From an uncultured Acidobacteriota bacterium (GTDB lineage Bacteria > Acidobacteriota > UBA6911): DNA of 64,000 bases. Shown here in pieces: positions 31,850-41,741 of the stretch. The stretch lies in assembly GCA_963809485.1 (NCBI GenBank), contig CAWEJX010000001.1, positions 160,001-224,000 on the forward strand. The letters are read 5' to 3'. Under the pieces are notes generated by a model. It was not told the origin of the DNA. It made no database searches and worked only from the letters and a program-made list of their open reading frames with translations. Position 1 is the stretch's first letter; each line of letters starts with the position of its first letter. The translations under genes were made by a program, and so were the position numbers.

Positions 31850-34120
31850 ATGCAGGCAATCCACAGCAAAAACCTTTCGACGAATTTTCGCCATACCTCG
31901 ATCATTGAGACGGACGAATCGAGAACCCCTATCGAGCACCTGGTGGAGTTTCTTCTGACCGGGAGCCTGGCACCCAATGCCCCCGAAGAGACAGAGGAAT
32001 TTGCAGAACAGGCTCTGCGTTTCGACCTCCAAAGCACCCGTGTTGTGGTTCTCGGCGGCGGCACGGGCCTTTCCACGGTGGTGGGCGGCAATCCACGGAT
32101 GCCCGATTGGCCGGATAATCCTTACGTGGGGATGAAGCAGGAATTCCCGGATCTGCATTCGGTGGTCTGTACCACAGACGACGGCGGATCGACCGGCCTG
32201 CTTCTTAAATCGCTGCCCTTGATCGGGGTGGGCGACCTGCGAAAACTCCTGATCTCGTCGATCCTCCTGGAAAATTTGCGCCGGAGATACGGAATTACCG
32301 AGCAGGAGACACTTCAACTGGTGAGATTGATACATGCCCTATTCAATTACAGGTTCCCCGAAGGTGCTTCCAAACTGAGTGTTCTCGCAGACCCGCTTAA
32401 GGCTGTTCCGGTCTCCCTCCGCCCCGCATGTCCCAGACCGCTTGCCGATGCATTCCGAATGCTCGGAACCTATATTTCTCCAGGCGGATGGGGGCCGAGC
32501 GTCGTTCCCGCCGGGCATTCCCTCGGCAACCTGATGCTCATAGCCGCAATTTTCAGGGCAGCCCGCGGGAGAACGGATCGGGCCCCTGGATTGGGGGATA
32601 TTCAAACGGGGATTGACGACATCGCCGCCTGGGTTGGGGCTCCGGTGGGAAGAATTCATCCGGCCACAGCCGCACCCGGTCAATTGAAGATCCGTTACGC
32701 CAATGGAGTGGAAGTATACGGGCAAAGCAAGCCGGCTTATTCACGCCGCAATTCTCCCGTGGAGCGTATCGTGGCGGAATTTTCCCGAAAGCCGGTCGTG
32801 AGCGCCGCGGTTCAGCAAGCCATCGAAAATGCCGATTTGATCATCTACGCTCCGGGAAGCTTATATACTTCGACCATCCCGGTTCTTCAGCTGGAGCCGA
32901 TCGCCGCCTCCATCCGCAAAAACAGGAAGGCCCTAAAAGTGCTGGGGGCCAACTCCTGGGTCCAGGAAGGGGAGACCGATATTTCGCTCAAGAATCAGGG
33001 CCGCGGCTTTCTCGTTTCAGAATTGATCGAGGCTTACGATCGAAACATACCGGGCGGGATCCAGGGCTTGTTTGACGTGGTTCTGAGCGCCAATCTGGAG
33101 CATATTCCCGGCAGCATCCTGCGCAACTACGCACTGGAAGGGAAAAGCCCAATCCACATGGACCGGGCGAACGTGGAGGCTACGGGCATACAACCGGTCG
33201 AAGCGACCCTTTTTCTTCCGGTGCGCCAGAGCCAAACGCGTGTCATCCAACATGATGCCCGCCGATTCGCCCTGGCTATCCGAACCCTGCTATATGCCGA
33301 TAGAAGGCTTAAAAACAAAAACGGCTATGCGCTCAGGCGCCGGGCGCCCGGCGAAAGGTTTGTGCAAAGCCCCAAGACAGGGAAACGTGCAGAAGCTTCA
33401 AGTCCGAATCGAAACCCTTTGCTGTGCAAATATCTCGACACTGTTACAAAGATTCTGAGCGAAAAAGACTTTCGTCCTGCAATGCTGAGAAACTTCATGC
33501 TCGATCTTGCCTGGGAGAACCGCGACATCCGCCCGTCCCACCTGATGTTTTTCCGCGGCGTGCGCGTGATTTCAGCCCGGCGCTGGAACCGGAGCACCGA
33601 ATGGGACAATGTTCTTGGCTACTATGATCCTCAGGACCGGATCCTTAAGCTTCACAAGGATTTGCTTGCGAATCCCGCAAGGCTTCGCGAGGACCTGCTG
33701 ATTGCGCTCGGAGAGTCCTTACTGGGACAATACATCCAGCAGCGCCGCTGGATTGACCAATATGGCGCCCGCTGCTTTGAAATTGTACTCAGGCCGTCCG
33801 CACAGAGAGAGTGCTTCCTCACTGATGCGCAGATTCGCACCTACCTCAGGCTGGCACGGATGACGCCCGACCCCTCCGATGACGGTGTCTTCCGCATTGT
33901 GATCAATAATGACGGGGGATTTCTTCCTCCGGGTTTATTATTCGGGCTCATCTATTCCTGGTATCTCTGCGGCAGCGGATTCACCATGGAATACGAAATG
34001 ACGCTGTTGCGATGGCCATTGAAAAGCCTTATCCCCCTCCATGCCAGGGATCGAATCCGCAAGCAGGCACTGGTGACATTTTTTCGTAAGGAAATTTTCG
34101 GTCACACGGATGATGAGTGA
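31850..34120 (+). CDS. YvcK/CofD-family protein with a long C-terminal extension
   Basis: VVVLGGGTGLS, TDDGGSTG, GHSLGNL, ADLIIYAPGSLYTS; ~270 aa extra at the C-terminus. Confidence 0.85.
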   Translation: MQAIHSKNLSTNFRHTSIIETDESRTPIEHLVEFLLTGSLAPNAPEETEEFAEQALRFDLQSTRVVVLGGGTGLSTVVGGNPRMPDWPDNPYVGMKQEFPDLHSVVCTTDDGGSTGLLLKSLPLIGVGDLRKLLISSILLENLRRRYGITEQETLQLVRLIHALFNYRFPEGASKLSVLADPLKAVPVSLRPACPRPLADAFRMLGTYISPGGWGPSVVPAGHSLGNLMLIAAIFRAARGRTDRAPGLGDIQTGIDDIAAWVGAPVGRIHPATAAPGQLKIRYANGVEVYGQSKPAYSRRNSPVERIVAEFSRKPVVSAAVQQAIENADLIIYAPGSLYTSTIPVLQLEPIAASIRKNRKALKVLGANSWVQEGETDISLKNQGRGFLVSELIEAYDRNIPGGIQGLFDVVLSANLEHIPGSILRNYALEGKSPIHMDRANVEATGIQPVEATLFLPVRQSQTRVIQHDARRFALAIRTLLYADRRLKNKNGYALRRRAPGERFVQSPKTGKRAEASSPNRNPLLCKYLDTVTKILSEKDFRPAMLRNFMLDLAWENRDIRPSHLMFFRGVRVISARRWNRSTEWDNVLGYYDPQDRILKLHKDLLANPARLREDLLIALGESLLGQYIQQRRWIDQYGARCFEIVLRPSAQRECFLTDAQIRTYLRLARMTPDPSDDGVFRIVINNDGGFLPPGLLFGLIYSWYLCGSGFTMEYEMTLLRWPLKSLIPLHARDRIRKQALVTFFRKEIFGHTDDE

Positions 34121-34262
34121 TCGAACCGGATTCGTTTCGGCCGGAACCGGCCGTTATCCGGAAGGCCTCGAGAAATGCAGATCCGTTCTAATTGCGTTTG
34201 ACTGAACTGGATCGCGGACTTATATTTTCAATGCAATAAAATATATGACGGAGGTGTGCCTG

Positions 34263-34559
34263 GTGCCGATCTACGAGTATCAATGCACAAAATGCGGCGA
34301 GGTTTTTGAAGCCTTCCAGAAGATTACGGATGAGCCGCTGGGGCAATGCAAATTTTGCGGATCGAAAGTGGAAAAACTGATCAGCCATTCGAGTTTTCAG
34401 CTCAAAGGAAGCGGGTGGTATCTGACAGACTATGCCCGGCGGAACTCGAGCAGTTCTTCGGAGAAACCCAAAACGACCGAAACCGCCGAAAAATCGACGG
34501 CAACCAAAGCTTCCACAGAAACAAAAAGCGCCGATAAGGGCGCCGAAAGCAAGACATGA
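34263..34559 (+). CDS. FmdB-family zinc-ribbon protein
   Basis: [11 protein letters not shown]...CKFCG...F.LKGSGWY.TDY; RBS GGAGG then GTG. Confidence 0.9.
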   Translation: MPIYEYQCTKCGEVFEAFQKITDEPLGQCKFCGSKVEKLISHSSFQLKGSGWYLTDYARRNSSSSSEKPKTTETAEKSTATKASTETKSADKGAESKT

Positions 34560-35059
34560 TTCTGGATGACACTTGCAGGTTTTCATCCCCTCAGCGCAGC
34601 TTGGTTTTCCGGGCTCTGGACGAAGCCGAGGAACGCACCAGGGATTACTACTGCATACCCCCTTTCCGCTGGGAGAAGCTGAGATACGACCTGCTCACCC
34701 GGGGCGATCACGGCTGGGAGCCTTTGCCGGAACCGATGTTTGCCAGAGTAAGGTGCCTCCAAAGAATCCATAACAGCCTGCCCTTCGATTTTTACCGTAT
34801 CGAGCTCAACGATGAGAGCATACTGGCTGCCGCGCATAGAGAGAATCTTTTGAAGGAGCAGGACCTTTATCCCTTTTTTGTCTACATTTTAACCCACGAA
34901 ATGGTCCACATGGTCCGGCTCAACAGCATCCTGGAAAACTGGACCGAAACGCTGGTTCCTTTTGACGAGTCCGAGGAACACAGGGTGCAGCGCATATCAC
35001 GCAGGATTCTGACCGGCGCGTCCGATTTCAAGCCGGTTCTCGACCGGTTCTGCAGCTGA
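34556..35059 (+). CDS. Hypothetical protein with an HExxH motif
   Basis: [12 protein letters not shown]; ATGA overlap with the upstream gene. Confidence 0.7.
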   Translation: MILDDTCRFSSPQRSLVFRALDEAEERTRDYYCIPPFRWEKLRYDLLTRGDHGWEPLPEPMFARVRCLQRIHNSLPFDFYRIELNDESILAAAHRENLLKEQDLYPFFVYILTHEMVHMVRLNSILENWTETLVPFDESEEHRVQRISRRILTGASDFKPVLDRFCS

Positions 35060-35134
35060 ATTTATCTTTGAAAGGACCTGCGGGCCATGCAATCATTCGC
35101 CCCAAGCCCCAGGCATTCGCGGAGGTGTGCCACA

Positions 35135-35671
35135 ATGTCCCAACATAAACTCGACGACTCGGTCGCTGAGCACAGGAAAAAATCCGACCTGCGCGCCGGC
35201 GTTGCAGTAATTACGCTCTCCACATCCCGATCCAGATCCCACTCTTCGGAACCCGATCAATCCGGCGATGTGATCCAGAGTGTTCTGGAGAAAGCCGGTC
35301 ACCGCGTTCCTGTAAGGAAGCTTATGCCCGACAGCCGCCGCATTTTGCGTGCAAGCCTGGGCCAACTGATCCGGGACAAGCGGATTCAAGCCGTCATCAC
35401 GACAGGTGGAACGGGCCTGGCGCCAACGGATGTCACTATAGAAACAGTTCAGGGCATGCTTGAGAAGGAACTCCCCGGATTCAACTCGCTTTTCATGTTC
35501 CTCAGCTACCCCCAGGTCAAAACCGCGTCCATGCTTTCCCGGGCACTCGCCGGAACTGTCAAAGGCAAAATCATTTTTTGCCTGCCCGGCAGTCCCCGGG
35601 CCTGCAAACTGGCGACCGAATCTCTCATTTTGCCTGAACTGGGACATATATTGATGCTCTTGAGGAGTTAG
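35135..35671 (+). CDS. moaB: Molybdenum cofactor biosynthesis protein B (MogA/MoaB)
   Basis: ITTGGTGLAPTDVTIE, SRALAG, FCLPGSP; RBS GGAGG. Confidence 0.9.
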   Translation: MSQHKLDDSVAEHRKKSDLRAGVAVITLSTSRSRSHSSEPDQSGDVIQSVLEKAGHRVPVRKLMPDSRRILRASLGQLIRDKRIQAVITTGGTGLAPTDVTIETVQGMLEKELPGFNSLFMFLSYPQVKTASMLSRALAGTVKGKIIFCLPGSPRACKLATESLILPELGHILMLLRS

Positions 35672-36355
35672 ATGGCTTTCCCATCACCGCGCCCCTGCAG
35701 CCTCTTCCTGTTCGACCTTGATGGAACTCTGATCGATTCGCGCGAGGATATCACCACTTCTCTCAACCTTGCGCTGGGGCGCATGGGACTGTACCCTCTG
35801 CCGGAAGCCCGCGTGACTGAATTTGTGGGCTCCGGCGTTCAGGTGCTCGTGGAACGCTCGCTTCGGGAAGTAACAGGTTCGGCCCCCACTGAAGACCGTG
35901 TCCGGCTGGGCGTTTCTCTATTCAGGGAAGAGTACGGGATACACCTTCTGGACCGGACGCATCTTTATCCGGGAGTAATAGAGGGCCTGGACCATCTCTA
36001 CTGGGCCAGGTTCGCAGTCGTGAGCAACAAGCCCGAAATATTCTGCCGACGGATCCTTGATGGCCTGGGCGTGGGCACGCGGTTCCTGGCGATTCTGGGA
36101 GGGGACAGTACCTTGCGCAAACCCAACCCCGTGTCCCTTTTGAAGGCGATGGAATATTGCAGGGCCAATCCACACGAAACGGTTATGGTTGGGGACAGCC
36201 CCGTGGATATTCGGGCCGGCAAAGCGGCCGGAGTGATGACTTGCGGTGTCCTGGGAGGATTTCACTCGAGAGCAGATTTAGAGGCTGCCGGGAGTGATCT
36301 TTTCGTCCATAATCTGCTGGACCTGGTCGGCAATTTTTGCCCCTCGCCGCCCTGA
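35672..36355 (+). CDS. gph: HAD hydrolase, phosphoglycolate phosphatase-like
   Basis: LFDLDGTLIDS, VSNKP, RKPNP, MVGDSPVDIRAGKAAG. Confidence 0.8.
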   Translation: MAFPSPRPCSLFLFDLDGTLIDSREDITTSLNLALGRMGLYPLPEARVTEFVGSGVQVLVERSLREVTGSAPTEDRVRLGVSLFREEYGIHLLDRTHLYPGVIEGLDHLYWARFAVVSNKPEIFCRRILDGLGVGTRFLAILGGDSTLRKPNPVSLLKAMEYCRANPHETVMVGDSPVDIRAGKAAGVMTCGVLGGFHSRADLEAAGSDLFVHNLLDLVGNFCPSPP

Positions 36356-36474
36356 TATCGCATCCCGATTATGAAGGCCCTGAAATAGGCTGAAAAAAGC
36401 TGACGACCGCTGCCTCTCGAGCCGGAAGATGAGAAATCCCGAGGGCCGGAGGAAGCCGCTTCAAGCGGATCCCA

Positions 36475-36713
36475 GTCAGGTACCTCCGGCAAAGCCGGAG
36501 GCTTGAAAGATTGGAACCGCTCAAAGCGGTTGGAGGAGTTACGCCGGTCTTGAACGCTGACTTACGCGGGCAAAAGCCGATGAGGCGCCTCCGATCCCCG
36601 CCGAACAAGTCGGCGTTTGTCAGCGCTTTTATCTGCGTTTCTCAGCGTTTCAAAATACGGAGCTGTCAAACTCTTTGAGTCCCACGGCAGAGCCGGGGGT
36701 TTACCAATGTAAT
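36475..36713 (-). mobile_element. Non-autonomous IS200-type element, copy 2
   Basis: GTCAGGTACCTCCGGCAAAGCCGGAGG...CTGTCAAACTCTTTGAGTCCCACGGCAGAGCCGGGGGTTTACCAATGTAAT. Confidence 0.8.
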
Positions 36714-36733
36714 CAAGCCTCCGGATTTGCCTG

Positions 36734-36940
36734 CTAACAGCAGCGATTGGGCCGGGCGTATTTTTCATTCAGCCGGGAAACGTAAAACTCCCTTGCGGTT
36801 GGGATCCGCATTTCAGGATGCCTGGCACGCAGATGCTCGCAATAGCGCGCATATTCGCCTTCTCCCAGGACCTGTCCCAGAAGGTTCCACCATTTTCGGA
36901 GCAATCGCATTTCCCCTCGCATAATTCCAAATCCGGCCAT
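36734..36940 (-). CDS. YbdD/YjiX (DUF466) family protein
   Basis: GE.EYARY.EHLRARHP...T.REFY...RCC*; its ATG overlaps the cstA TGA. Confidence 0.88.
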   Translation of the reverse strand: MAGFGIMRGEMRLLRKWWNLLGQVLGEGEYARYCEHLRARHPEMRIPTAREFYVSRLNEKYARPNRCC

Positions 36941-39018
36941 CAGTCGTATGCCGTCAATCTGTACTCCGCTTCGCATAAAACCGGGATTTTGCGGCGGCTC
37001 AGAATGGCCAGCCAGTCCCGGGCGCATTCGATGAGGATGACCAGTACCATGAGAGCGAAAAGCCCGGTTACGGCAGCATCCAGGCGGTTATTGAAAATCT
37101 GCCTTTGAATCGCGCCAGCCTGGTCCTCGGGAATCTGTCCGGCCTCCATAAGCCCGCTGAGCCGGTTTGCCTCAGCCAGAAACCCGATGTGCGGGTCCGC
37201 GTGGAAAATTTTCTGATAGGCCGCTGTCTGTGTAATCAGGACAAGCCAGAGCATCGGGAGAACAGTCACCCATGCATACCGAGCTTTGTTCATTTTGATA
37301 ATGATGGTTGTCGCGACGCACAAGGCCACGACCGAAAGCAGTTGATTGGCAATCCCAAAAAGCGGCCACAGGCTGTTGATCCCCCCCAGAGGATCCATGA
37401 CTCCCTGATAGAGAAAATATCCCCATCCGCCCACAACCAGGGCGCTCGTCAGGATGACGCCGGGGTACCAGCCCGTGTGCCCCAGCGGTTTCCAGATATG
37501 ACCGAGAAGGTCCTGAAGCAGGAACCTGCCCACGCGGCTGCCGGCGTCCAGCACTGTGAGGATAAATAGGGCCTCGAACATGATCGCAAAGTGATACCAG
37601 ATCGCCGTAAAGGTGTTTCCGCCGAGAGTGCGGGCGAAAATCTGCGCCATGCCTACGGCAAGAGATGGGGCGCCGCCGGTTCTGGAAAACATGGTCTGTT
37701 CACCAACCAGATCGGTCAGATGCTGCATTTCCTGCGGGGTAACCGTGTAGCCCCACGAAGAAATCGTGGCGGTCGCCGTCACAGGATCGGCGCCCACAAT
37801 CCCTGCGGGACTGTTGATGGCAAAGTAGATGCCCGGCTGCAGCACGCACGCCGCCACCATAGCCATGATTCCGACAAAGGATTCCATCAGCATGGAACCG
37901 TAGCCGATCAAGCGGGCCTGGCTCTCCCTGGTGATCAGCTTGGGGGTTGTCCCAGAAGCGATCAGCGCATGGAAGCCGGAAATTGCACCGCAGGCTATCG
38001 TGATGAAAGCGAAGGGAAAAATTTTCCCCGAAAAGACCGGTCCCGTTCCATCCACGAAGCGCGACAATGCGGGCATTGCCAGAACCGGCCGGACCGCCAG
38101 TATTCCCAGTGCGAGAAGAAATATCGTTCCCAGCTTTATGAACGTGCTCAGGTAATCGCGCGGAGCCAGGAGCAGCCACACCGGCAATACCGATGCCGCA
38201 AATCCATACGCAATAATCATCCAGGCAATGTGCCGCGCGTCAAAGGTGAGCATTGCCGCTAGTGCGGGGACCTGGGCGATGTACTGCCCACCCACGACTG
38301 CAGCCATCACAAGCACGAATCCCAGGATGGAAGTTTCCAGCACTTTGCCCGGACGCAGGAACCTTAGGTAAACACCCATCAGGAGCGCGATCGGTATTGT
38401 CATCGCCAGGGTAAAGGTTCCCCACGGGCTCGCCTTGAGAGCATTGGTGATCACGAGCGCGATCACCGCCAGCAATATTACGAGTATGGAAATAATGGCG
38501 CACAGCGCCGTGAAGCCGGCCACCGGCCCGACCTCTTCTTTGGCAATCTGGCCCAGGGATTTCCCGTCCCTGCGCATGGACGCGAACAGGATTACAAAAT
38601 CCTGCACACATCCGCCCAGTACAGCCCCGATAATCAGCCAGAGCGTCCCGGGCAGGTATCCCAGTTGGGCCGCGAGCGTAGGTCCGACCAGAGGACCGGG
38701 ACCGGCGATGGCGGCAAAGTGGTGACCGAATAGAATCCACTTGTTGGTGGGTACGAAATCCCGGCCGTCCTCCAACCGCTCCGCAGGCGTAGCGCGGGTG
38801 TCGTCCAGATGCATCACCTTTAGCGCGATGAACCGGCTGTAGAACCGGTATGCGACGCCATAGACACAAATGGCCGCCACGATCATCCACATCGCATTGA
38901 CGGGTTCGTTCCTGCGCAGGGCCACCGCCCCCAGAGCGCCGGCTCCAATCAGGCTTACCAGAACCCAAAGCCCCGCTCGCGCGCTTTTGCCCCATCCATT
39001 GCGAAATCCAACAGTCAT
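36940..39018 (-). CDS. cstA: Carbon starvation protein A family transporter
   Basis: [55 protein letters not shown]; RBS AGGAG. Confidence 0.95.
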   Translation of the reverse strand: MTVGFRNGWGKSARAGLWVLVSLIGAGALGAVALRRNEPVNAMWMIVAAICVYGVAYRFYSRFIALKVMHLDDTRATPAERLEDGRDFVPTNKWILFGHHFAAIAGPGPLVGPTLAAQLGYLPGTLWLIIGAVLGGCVQDFVILFASMRRDGKSLGQIAKEEVGPVAGFTALCAIISILVILLAVIALVITNALKASPWGTFTLAMTIPIALLMGVYLRFLRPGKVLETSILGFVLVMAAVVGGQYIAQVPALAAMLTFDARHIAWMIIAYGFAASVLPVWLLLAPRDYLSTFIKLGTIFLLALGILAVRPVLAMPALSRFVDGTGPVFSGKIFPFAFITIACGAISGFHALIASGTTPKLITRESQARLIGYGSMLMESFVGIMAMVAACVLQPGIYFAINSPAGIVGADPVTATATISSWGYTVTPQEMQHLTDLVGEQTMFSRTGGAPSLAVGMAQIFARTLGGNTFTAIWYHFAIMFEALFILTVLDAGSRVGRFLLQDLLGHIWKPLGHTGWYPGVILTSALVVGGWGYFLYQGVMDPLGGINSLWPLFGIANQLLSVVALCVATTIIIKMNKARYAWVTVLPMLWLVLITQTAAYQKIFHADPHIGFLAEANRLSGLMEAGQIPEDQAGAIQRQIFNNRLDAAVTGLFALMVLVILIECARDWLAILSRRKIPVLCEAEYRLTAYD

Positions 39019-39232
39019 CTCATGCTCCTTCAAGCCCGGCAGGGAGGCTGTTAATGCAAACAAAGCCAAAAGCCTATTGCGTTCCGGAAAATATTGCAAT
39101 GATGGAATCAACGGCGCAGCGCACGCTCGCTTCTCATCGATCACCGACATATGCTGAAAAGGACTCTGACGAATCCCGATCCGTTGCAACTCAAATTTTG
39201 AGTATTCAAGGTTCGGGTGATACAGTTGTTAT

Positions 39233-39718
39233 ATGGCGCTGCGAGTCAGTGCAGGTTTGCTGATGTACCGCATAAAGGACGGGGCCTTGCAGATCTTGCT
39301 GGCCCATCCCGGCGGCCCCCTGTTTCGAAACAAGGATGATGGACATTGGACGTTACCCAAGGGGGAACCGCCCGCGGGCGAACCATTGGTTCAGGCTGCG
39401 CGGCGGGAGTTTGAGGAAGAAACCGGGATAAAACCGCCGGGAGCGCTGATCGAGCTTGGATCGATCCGGCAGAAGGGCGGTAAAATCGTCTATGCCTGGG
39501 CTTTCGAAGGCGATTACGATGATTCTCAATCCGTGCGGAGCAACACATTTGAAATGCAGTGGCCACCTGGATCCGGACGCGTTCAGAGTTTTCCCGAGGT
39601 GGACAAAGTCCGGTTCTTTTCGCTTGCCGAAGCGAAACAGAAGCTGAAAGATTCGCAGTGGCCCCTGGTGGAGCGGTTGGTGGTCACCCTGGGCACCTCT
39701 GTGAATACGGGTCTATAG
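39233..39718 (+). CDS. NUDIX hydrolase
   Basis: SAGLLMYR, HPGGP, WTLPKGE...ARREFEEETG, WPPGSG..FPEVD. Confidence 0.9.
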   Translation: MALRVSAGLLMYRIKDGALQILLAHPGGPLFRNKDDGHWTLPKGEPPAGEPLVQAARREFEEETGIKPPGALIELGSIRQKGGKIVYAWAFEGDYDDSQSVRSNTFEMQWPPGSGRVQSFPEVDKVRFFSLAEAKQKLKDSQWPLVERLVVTLGTSVNTGL

Positions 39719-39721
39719 CAA

Positions 39722-40996
39722 ATGCGAGTGCTTCTGATATCAGGGAACCGGGAGGATGCGGAGATACGCGTTCCCGCTCTTGGTTTGGCCTGTGTCGCGG
39801 CAGCAACGGAGGCTGCAGGCCATGATGTAATCCTGCGGGATCTTCTGATCGCCAGAGACCCCCAGGCAGCGGTTGCGGAAGCCATCCAGGAATTCAAGCC
39901 CGATGCCGTCGGCGTTTCGGTGAGAAACCTCGACGATCAAAAAATGCGAGGCGCGCGGTTTCTCCTGGACCAGGCCCGGGACGCCGTCAGGTGGTGCAGG
40001 AATAATTCCACGGCTCCGGTGATCCTCGGGGGTGCCGGATTCAGTATCATTCCTCAGCCCGTCCTGGATTATGTGGATGCCGACATGGGAATCCAGGGCG
40101 AGGGAGAAACGGTTTTCCCGGAACTGCTCAGACGGATTCAATGGCGGGAAAAAATCGACAGCCTGCCCGGCCTTTTTCTGAGACACGGCGTTTCTCCTGC
40201 CCGGCGCGCTTTCGCCAAGGATCTGGATGCATTGCCTCTTCCGGATCCTTCACTGCTGGCGCATTCGCTTTCCGGAGCAGTGGACGCTCCCGTTCCTGTA
40301 CAAACGCGTCGCGGCTGTCCGCTTTCCTGCAGTTACTGCTCAACACCCACCATCGAGGGGAAAACCGTACGGTGGCGCTCTCCGGAATCCGTGGTGGCAT
40401 GGATGACGCGATGGGCGCAGGAAGGGTTCCGCAATTTCTATTTCGTCGACAATACGTTCAACCTCCCCCCTTCCTATGCCGCAAACCTCTGCGCGAAAAT
40501 CATTGCCACCCGGCTGGATATTTCCTGGAGGTGTATTCTCTTCCCTGCCGGGCTCGATCCGAAGCACGTGGAATTGATGGCCCGGGCCGGATGCAAGGAA
40601 GCCAGCATCGGATTTGAGAGCGGGGCCGCGGGCATGCTGCGCCGCATGAACAAGCGATTCGCCATTGGCGAAGTGAGGCGCACTTCCGACCTTCTGAGAA
40701 AGAACCATATCCGCAGGATGGGATTCCTCATGATTGGAGGGCCGGGCGAAACCAGGGACTCCGTGGAAGAGAGCCTGGCGTTTGCTGAAACGCTCGATCT
40801 GGATTCCCTGAAATTGAGCATCGGCATCCGCATCTATCCGAATACCGAGGTTGCGCGCACCGCCATGGACGAGGGGCTGATAGCCTCGGAGCGGGATCTT
40901 GTGTACCCAAAATTCTATGTCGTCCGGGATCTTGAAGAATGGATGTACGAGACGGTTGCCCGGCACATTTCAGCAAAGCCTCACTGGTTTTTATAA
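39722..40996 (+). CDS. Cobalamin-binding radical SAM protein
   Basis: N-terminal B12-binding domain (GLACVAA, GVSVRN, GEGE); RGCPLSCSYC, FVDNTFN, GFESG. Confidence 0.9.
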   Translation: MRVLLISGNREDAEIRVPALGLACVAAATEAAGHDVILRDLLIARDPQAAVAEAIQEFKPDAVGVSVRNLDDQKMRGARFLLDQARDAVRWCRNNSTAPVILGGAGFSIIPQPVLDYVDADMGIQGEGETVFPELLRRIQWREKIDSLPGLFLRHGVSPARRAFAKDLDALPLPDPSLLAHSLSGAVDAPVPVQTRRGCPLSCSYCSTPTIEGKTVRWRSPESVVAWMTRWAQEGFRNFYFVDNTFNLPPSYAANLCAKIIATRLDISWRCILFPAGLDPKHVELMARAGCKEASIGFESGAAGMLRRMNKRFAIGEVRRTSDLLRKNHIRRMGFLMIGGPGETRDSVEESLAFAETLDLDSLKLSIGIRIYPNTEVARTAMDEGLIASERDLVYPKFYVVRDLEEWMYETVARHISAKPHWFL

Positions 40997-41248
40997 TTGC
41001 GTAGCCGAACATCCCCGATCTATCCATGGCCTTCCTTTTCTCAAAGGCCAGTTTGCAGGTGCTTTTAAGGCCCAATGCTGGTACAATACCATCACCTCCT
41101 ATGTGCGGCAGATGCCCAGCCGGCCGACCAAAGTTAGAATACTTTTAAGGGCTGATGCATCCAGAAATATTCAAAAGCAAATGCCGTGAGAGACAATTCC
41201 AATCCGCTCTTTTGTCCTGTCTTGATCCGGGCAGCCGGGAGGTTACCT

Positions 41249-41722
41249 ATGCAGCAACTCCGTCCCTATGATCCGCATGAGAATTTTTCGGACCCTGGAA
41301 GCATATCAGGCCCGCAATCCGGGGGCTCCCTTTCGCGCTTGAACCGGCCCATTCGCGGCATGATCAGGATCCTGCTCGCAGACGATCACGCCGTGATGCG
41401 GCAAGGATTGGCCGCATCTCTTTCCCAGGAACCGGACATTGTGATCGTGGGTGAGGCGGTGGACGGCAAAATGGCTGTAGAAAGGGCAAGAAGTCTGCAG
41501 CCTGATGTGATCCTGATGGATATCTCGATGCCGCAATTGGGAGGAATTGAGGCAACCAGGGAAATTCACCTTCAGTTGCCCAAGGTGCGCGTTATTGCTC
41601 TCTCCATGTTCGAAGAGGACGATTTTGCTCATGCAATGCTGGAGGCCGGCGCCGTGGCCTATCTAAGCAAGAGCTGCTCGATGGACGCATTGACTTCCAC
41701 AATCCGCCGGTGCGTTTTATAG
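41249..41722 (+). CDS. Stand-alone NarL-type receiver-domain protein
   Basis: IRILLADDHAVMRQGL, PDVILMDISMP, YLSK; no output domain; start uncertain (41249 or 41360). Confidence 0.82.
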   Translation: MQQLRPYDPHENFSDPGSISGPQSGGSLSRLNRPIRGMIRILLADDHAVMRQGLAASLSQEPDIVIVGEAVDGKMAVERARSLQPDVILMDISMPQLGGIEATREIHLQLPKVRVIALSMFEEDDFAHAMLEAGAVAYLSKSCSMDALTSTIRRCVL

Positions 41723-41741
41723 CCGGCATTTTGCCCCGTGG

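Noticed and set aside
36734-36940. YbdD/YjiX as a selenoprotein, given selA in the window
   Set aside because: It ends TGC TGT TAG (Cys-Cys-stop) with no in-frame TGA; no other Sec read-through candidate was noticed.
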